31,666 nt of DNA. Origin: Tubiluchus corallicola. Taxonomy: Eukaryota > Animalia > Priapulida. The stretch covers positions 1 to 31,666 of the forward strand of contig JAQGDQ010001631.1 in the NCBI GenBank assembly GCA_030141605.1, read 5' to 3'. The first letter of the stretch is position 1; the number at the start of each line of letters is the position of its first letter. Under the pieces are notes generated by a model. That model ran no database searches. It had not been told where the DNA came from and saw only the letters and a list, made by a program, of their open reading frames with translations. Position numbers and translations under genes: made by a program. Positions 23,683 through 31,666 of this stretch are shown in pieces.

Positions 23683-24159
23683 AAGTTGACATGATACTGT
23701 TCTTATATTACAAGAAATAGAATTCCAAACGCATAAGAAGAATAAGTGGAAACTCTAACTGTTCTTTCAACTATTTCATAAATATTAGACACAGGTGTAA
23801 ATGAAGCCATTTAAACAGCTCGTCTCTCCTTCAGTGAAGCCATCATTTACAGACGCAAGACGCTTTCTGACAAGAAACCTGACAATTTTGTTGATTCGTC
23901 GGGGGTCTATATTTATATCTGGAACAAGCATAAAGCATTGATTTTTGTAAACAGGCCAAGCATAAATCTTCACATGGATCACGAAAGTGACGAAATAATG
24001 TCGAAAATTTTAGCTGCCATTTCGTATCAGTCGGATCAATAGGGATTAACGGGATTCGAGGAACTCGCCTCTCTAAAGAAGAAGTTTATAGAAAGTTGCA
24101 ATGAACAGGGATATTGATTTTAGACGCGTTTAGATACTTGGCGTGTTTATAACTGAGCT

Positions 24160-24398
24160 TTACGACTGAGTAGCAAACAAAGAGTTGCACGAAGCGAATT
24201 CTTGATAATGTTTACACGTAGCACATAAAAGTTTGAACGAGGAGAATTTTTGATAATGTTTACACGTAGCAAATAGAGGGTTGCACGAGGCGAATTCTTG
24301 TTAATGTTTACACGTAGCAAATAGAGGGTTGCACGAGGCGAATTCTTGTTAATGTTTACACATAGCAAATAAAAGGTTGCACGAGGCGAATTCTTGCT
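24160..24398. repeat. 48-bp minisatellite, about 5 copies
   Basis: Unit TTTACACGTAGCAAATAGAGGGTTGCACGAGGCGAATTCTTGTTAATG. Confidence 0.92.
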
Positions 24399-24477
24399 GA
24401 AACTGAACGATACCGTGATAGTACAACGCTAAAGTATGGTGTGAGGTTTCAAATCTTTATGAAAATAGACGCACAGC

Positions 24478-25580
<1,103 letters not shown>

Positions 25581-25977
25581 ACAGCCGTGGAGCACAACAT
25601 TCTTCTTTTAACCACAGAATAAATAAAATTTAAGTTCTTCAACAGAGAATCTACTGGAGATGCAAAAAACTTTTAATTTATTAATACTTTCTAATGTTCG
25701 TGTGATACTTCAGAGATAAACACGTTAAAAATGAAAATACGAGGCAGTTTAATTGAACGTCAATGAATTTCCATTTTTCAAGCTACTAAAAATATTGTTG
25801 TTTTTCCTCGCGTCGCTATTAAATGTTTTGCTTTTATAAACTGAAATTGTTCATTTTGACGCATGACGTTACGATCGGCTGTGAAACAGACACATAAAGA
25901 GAATAAAACCATTTATTTTGCATCGTTTTCTGACGCAAATACTTTCCGAATCTCATGTGGTAGCAAAAGAGAGAAAA

Positions 25978-26682
25978 CACTCGCTAGGTGGCTCTCGTGG
26001 AAAGTAGGCCAATAAACCGGGAAATGTTGGAACATCAGCTTACTTGCTAGGTGGCTGTCGTGGAAAGTAGGCAAACAAAAACCGGGAAATGTTGGAACAT
26101 CAGCTTACTCGCTAGGTGGCTCTCGTGGACAGTAGGCAAACAAAAATCGGGAAATTTTGGAACATCAGCTTACTCGCTTAGCGGCTCTCGTGGAAAGTAG
26201 GCAAACAAAAACCGGTAAATATTGGAACATCAGCTTACTCGCTAGGTGGCTCTCGTGGAAAGTAGGCAAACAAAAGCCGGGAATGTTGGAACATCGGCTT
26301 ACTCGCTAGGCGGCTCTCGTGGAAAGTAAGCAAACAAAAACTGGGAAATGTTGGAACATCGGCTTACTCGCTAGGCGGCTCTCGTGGAAAGTGGGCAAAC
26401 AAAAACCCGGAAATGTTGGAACATCAGCTTACTCGCTAGGTGGCTGTCGTGGAAAGTAGGCAAACAAAAACCGGGAAATGTTGGAACATCAGCTTACTCG
26501 CTAGGCGGCTCTCGTGGAAAGTAGGCAAACAAAAATCGGGAAATTTTGGAACATCAGCTTACTCGCTTGGCGGCTCTCGTGGAAAGTAGGCAAACAAAAA
26601 CCGGTAAATATTGGAACATCAGCTTACTTGCTAGGTGACTCTCGTGGAAAGTAGGTAAACAAAAACCGAGAACATCAGCTTG
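25978..26682. repeat. 65-bp minisatellite, about 11 copies
   Basis: Unit ACTCGCTAGGTGGCTCTCGTGGAAAGTAGGCAAACAAAAACCGGGAAATGTTGGAACATCAGCTT; period 65 (26042 to 26107). Confidence 0.96.
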
Positions 26683-26959
26683 CTGCACAAGCAAAGTCTG
26701 TTAGGATAATCAAACGATTTACCATTAAATCCTGCTAAGTAGCCACGCCCTGTAGTCATGCTCGAATTCTAAAAAATATTATTTTTCACACCTTCACTAA
26801 AACGGAAGTGGAAGAAAAGAAATTTTTAAGACATGTTACAAACATCTTCCCAAGCAAATTGATATTACTTGACATTATGCTTACTTGTTTAAAAGTCTTA
26901 TGTAATTGGAAAGGAAAATTCCGAATTATTTAAAATATTCGTGTCATTTGATAGAACGG

Positions 26960-27297
26960 CACTGCAACACCATCCCAGTGTGCACCACTGATTCACCAAA
27001 AACACTTTATTGATCTTATTGACAATGTAAAGAAAACTTTTACCTAGTTACCAAAGAATGTGTTACGAATGCTCTAATTATTTTTTCAAACTTTGCACGA
27101 AGTTGTCAAAACATGTTTCTAACGAACTGTCGTCATAATGGCTGCATCTAACGATCATTGCGGGAGTTTAAATTTACAAGTTCTCTACAGTGTTACTGTT
27201 AACAATAGCCCAGCGGGCAATAAGACAGAGTGTAATTGATATAATAATTTCAAAACGATATTTTAAGGTTTATTTACGAAGAGTGTTTTCTTGTGCT
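26960..27297 (-). mobile_element. Inverted partial copy of the Kolobok-like family
   Basis: Plus strand CACCATCCCAGTGTGCACC...TTTTTTCAAACTTT...GTTTTCTTGTGCT is the reverse complement of the family's left arm. Confidence 0.75.
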
Positions 27298-27331
27298 GTA
27301 AATTTGGCTGTCAGCTACGTTTTCAGTTTAC

Positions 27332-27345
27332 GTTGCCATAGTAAC
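27332..27345. promoter_or_regulatory. RFX X-box-like motif
   Basis: GTTGCCATAGTAAC matches the X-box consensus. Confidence 0.3.
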
Positions 27346-27927
27346 AACACGTCATAAAAAGCTTGAATGCTTGGACTTCCCAGAATCCTGACTCCTCATC
27401 CTCATCCATCCTCCGGCTCCCAGCAGTGATATCTATTTGCTAATAACTTTATCTGCACACAGCTCAGTGGAGAAATCCATTTTATGTAACAGGTTAATTA
27501 ATTAACTAATTCTCACCTGTACTGTTAACGTTCCAATAAATATGATAGTACAGATTTTGCATATAAGTAGGTAGAGTTAGTCACATAAAAATTAATAATA
27601 CTCGCTATTACTGTTACATACTGGACGGTGATATCTCTAAGCAAAACAGTGGTATTTAAATAAATTTTTTCCACGGGCCACTTATCTGTAGAATTCATAG
27701 GCCTATGGCTTCACGTGCTTCAAAAAAGAACGGTACCATCATTGGCAAGCTTATTAAACCTTTTTCATGTAATTTTTTATCTTGAAATCAAGATTTTTAA
27801 TGTGACCTCCCTAAGTGGGCTTGATCCACTTTTGTTTGTCTGTCTGGTAATTTACACCTGTTTTAATTATAATTTATGCTCGCTTCATCAAATATACTGT
27901 ACTGAATTATCCTTTTCAGTGTGAGTA

Positions 27928-28535
27928 GTCACGTGACGTGGTAAAGCCATTTTAGTTGTGTGGCCATTGTGTTAATTCTTCAATACTAGCTCGAGAGCAG
28001 CTGGTGGTGAAGTATTAAAACAAGAGGCTGCCTTTGTCACAAGATGGCGCTAAAGCATAAACAAGTGGCTGCCTTTGTCACAAAAGCACCAGCCCAATTA
28101 TCGGAAAAATTTTAGGCTTAACGCTTCTGAGAGGTTTTTACACTGGCTAAAGATATTTACTGGAAATGTTTGACTGCGCATGCGCAGTGAAAATTGGCAA
28201 AATGTCAAGGCTTTACGTACTGCATCAGTTCGTAAGTTCCTCACTATTTGAATTTTGAAATTTTAATAATGACAAAACAGAAGAAACGGAGCATTAAATA
28301 TTTATTTGTCATTATTAATTAACAAAAGAGAGTTTAAATTTATTGACGTGATATCGCAAAAAAAAATGGAGCATGCGTTTTGCGTATAAGACACAGAAAC
28401 GCATTGCAACGCGAGTTTTGAACGTATGCGTCTGATTCATGCGAAAAATCGCACGATGTAAATAGGACTTTAACGCGCGTGTGCAGAAAAAAATTCTGGA
28501 GAGAAATTTGCACAGAAAAAATGGGCGCCATTTTG
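27928..28535. promoter_or_regulatory. Promoter-like motif cluster
   Basis: GTCACGTGAC (27928-27937), CAAGATGGCG (28040-28049), ACTGCGCATGCGCAGT (28173-28188), CGCCATTTT near 28527, and locally frequent CpG. Confidence 0.35.
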
Positions 28536-29255
28536 TACTACAATTTCTGCGATCTGTTGTGCTGCAAACAATTAACGGCCTGTTCTACTACAACTTCTAC
28601 GATCTGTTGTGCTGCAAACAATGGACAGCCTGTTCTACTACAACTTCTACGATCTGTTGTGCTGCAAACAATTAACGGCCTGTTCTACTACAACTTCTAC
28701 GATCTGTTGTGCTGCAAACAATTAACGGCCTGTTCTACTACAACTTCTACGATCTGTTGTGCTGCAAGCAATGGACGGCATGCTCTACTACAACTTCTAC
28801 TATCTGTTGTGCTGCAAACAATTAATGGCATGTTCTACTACAACTTCTAGGATCTGTTGTGCTGCAAGCAATGGACGGCATGTTCTACTACAACTTCTAC
28901 GATCTGTTGTGCTGCAAACAATTAATGGCATGTTCTACTACAACTTCTACGAACTGTTGTGCTGCAACTTCTACGTTCTGTTGTGCTGCAAACAATGGAC
29001 GACATGTTCTACTACAACTTCTACGTTCTGTTGTGCTGCAAACAATTAACAGCATGTTCTACTACAACTTCTACGATCTGTTGTGCTGCAAGCAATGGAC
29101 GGCATGTTCTACGACAACATCTACGATCTGTTGTGCTGCAAGCAATGGACGGCATGTTCTACTACAACTTCTCCGAACTGTTGTGCTGCAAACAATTAAC
29201 AACATGTTCTACTACAAGTTCTACGATCTGTTGTAATGCAAACAATTAATGGCAT
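28530..29255. repeat. 50-bp minisatellite, about 14-15 copies, two unit variants
   Basis: Unit TGTTCTACTACAACTTCTACGATCTGTTGTGCTGCAAACA followed by ATTAACGGCC or ATGGACGGCA. Confidence 0.96.
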
Positions 29256-29664
29256 ATTTTAGGGCAGGTCCACCAAAAGGAGTATCGACGAGTTAACTAG
29301 ATGTTCTATTTTTGGCAATTTTCGCTCGGAAAACTGCTGACGCAAAGCCATTGTTCTGACGTCATCCATTATAATCTGCGTGTAACTTTAATTCAGTAAA
29401 AGCTGCTGCTGGCTTTACGTTAAAAACGAGGACTGTGTAGGATGTTCGCGTATTTATTGATTATGAGTGTATTTATACCCAAAATTTTTTGCGGGGCCTT
29501 TGCTAGTACAAATTATTATACTGGCTCAGCAAGGCAGAATAGACGAAAATTATTGGTTAATTTGAAAAATACCAAACGTAAAGTGTGTCAGTCAACACAT
29601 TGTTTTGACGTCACTGTTTAATGTTTTCCTAGCGTTTAAATGTTTCACTCTTTATCTTTATCTT

Positions 29665-29719
<55 letters not shown>

Positions 29720-29723
29720 GTCT

Positions 29724-29818
<95 letters not shown>

Positions 29819-31666
29819 TTCTCAGGCACCCCCAAGCACTAGCAACCCCAGTAGTACCCCAGACACTAGCAACTGTTTTAGTTAAAAAGTTGTTAGTAAA
29901 CTTGGCTTCACACGCGGCACGTAAATGTTGACGCCTGTGAGATCTCATGAAGCCACTTGCTTGGTTCCTGATTACAACTGCCACAGTTCTTTGACCTTTC
30001 AGCAAGCCTTCTGGACATGGTAACAACGGCATAATTATAACTACTGGGCTTCGGTAAAAACGACTTGGCTTCAGTAAACGACTGAGTGGGAATTAATCTG
30101 TCATGTCTGACGCCTTCACTGATGTAATCATTTTGTTAGTTCGTTTGATAGAAGCCAAAAGATTTCTCAAAGAAGACTAATGATCGAAAGTCAAACGGGA
30201 AAAGTTAATGGACAAGTGAAATGACAAACAGCTTGCAACAGAGGAATAGAAGAGGTTTTAGGAAAATCTGGAACAAAGCTTGCTGTTTTCGTAAATCATT
30301 AACGAAAGCACAAAAACCCTCTTCATAAGTAAAGGCAGAGGAATAGAGGAGGTTTTAGGAAAATCCGGAAAAAAGCTTGCTGTTTTCGTAAAAATCATTA
30401 ATGAAAGCACAAAAACCCTCTTCATAAGTAAAGCTTAAAAATTTCGTGTTTAAATTTTGTATTCTATATCACTTACAGTCACGATGTCTTATTGCGTGCA
30501 GAGCCTGCATGGGCAGTAACACTGTATAAAGCTTGTAAATTTAAACTCACGCGATTATCTTTAAGCACAGTCACTTTGACAGTAGTCGTTGTGCAGCAAG
30601 TTTAGACAACATCCTTAGTAAATGTGTAAAGTTTGAAAAAAACAGAGCATTCTTAGCGTAAAGGTATAAATTACTTACTTGCAGGGTGCATAAGATTATG
30701 GAAATGTATAAAATAAATAAAATAGCTTATTTTATGGATTTTTGAAATTTTATTTTATGGATATCAATAAAATAAGAAATAGACTATATCTGGAACGAGA
30801 TGCCCAGGGGGAAATCAATTAAAAAGTAAGAACAGGAGTGCTTGAAACGTGTTTTTAAACACGCAGGACTTTTATCGGTTTCGTTTTAATTTTATCGGTT
30901 TCATATCACTTCAAATTTAATCAAATGTTACGAGACAATGCCTTGTATTTCATCACTTCAGTTCGAATAATTCATCTGCTTTTTACGAATGTAGAATGCC
31001 CTCTAGGCTGAAGTTTCCGATCCAATGCCTGTATTCAGTTTTGATTGCCTTATTTTGTACAAAAAAATCACAAAAAAACATTTTTTTATTTTTTGCATTT
31101 CTTATTTTATGGATTTTTCAAATTTTATTTTATGGATTTTTGGTCCTATTTTATGGACATCCATAAACTTATGCAGCCTGCAGTTACTTGTCATTAAGAT
31201 CAATGACTCATTGTTTTGTGAACCAGCGGTGCACACTGGGATGGTGATGCAGTGCAGTTACCAAGTGGCAGGAATATTTAAAATTATTAAAGCACAAGAA
31301 AACCCTCCACTTACATAAAACTTAAAAAATTCGTCTCGAAATTTTATACCACTTACATACTACCTTTTCGAATACATGGCTTGCATTGGCCGTAACGCTG
31401 TATGAAGCGTGAAAACTTAAACTCCCGCGATGACCGTTAGGCGCAGCCATTTTGATCGTAGGTCGTTTGAAACAAGTTTAGATAACATTGTATAAAGTTT
31501 GAAAAAATAATCAGAGCATTCCTAGCATACATGTTACTAATTAAATAAAATTTTAAATTACTGTATCTTGTCCATAAGATCAAAAATACGTTTTTGGCTA
31601 GTGAGTGGCGCACCCTGGACGGTGAGTCAGCAACATTTTACCAATTGGTGAAAACATTTTAATTTT
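29254..31666 (+). repeat. Copy 2 of the direct duplication, running off the window end
   Basis: Matches 20296-22716 at an offset of about 8.95 kb, with scattered substitutions and a different (CT)n tract. Confidence 0.97.
30681..31181. mobile_element. Duplicate of the 501-bp MITE, inside the duplicated Kolobok-like copy
   Basis: Essentially the same TIRs and the same mismatched flanks as 21729-22229. Confidence 0.85.

Noticed and set aside
28479-29249. Cys-rich ORFs
   Set aside because: A 50-bp period cycles through frames; these are satellite artefacts.

Overview
AT-rich, repeat-dominated eukaryotic (probably invertebrate animal) genomic DNA. The only host coding sequence I can support is one minus-strand exon (341-505) of an ABCC10/MRP7-type ABC transporter. 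The rest is mobile elements and repeats. These include a near full-length but frameshifted CR1/L2-group LINE (about 1790-5870, minus) and an old RTE/RTEX fragment split by a younger CR1-type 3' fragment. There are TTAA-flanked Kolobok-like non-autonomous elements, two TIR MITEs, tRNA-derived and tRNA/5S-hybrid SINE fragments, seven minisatellite arrays and many microsatellites. A near-identical direct duplication of at least 2.4 kb pairs 20296-22716 with 29254-31666. The most notable object is an intact 567-bp SINE (23115-23681, minus) with a complete 5S rRNA head, a bipartite RTE-derived body, a (CAA)n tail and a perfect 13-14 bp target-site duplication. Most long ORFs in the track are microsatellite artefacts. 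Family assignments come from recalled motifs, not database searches.
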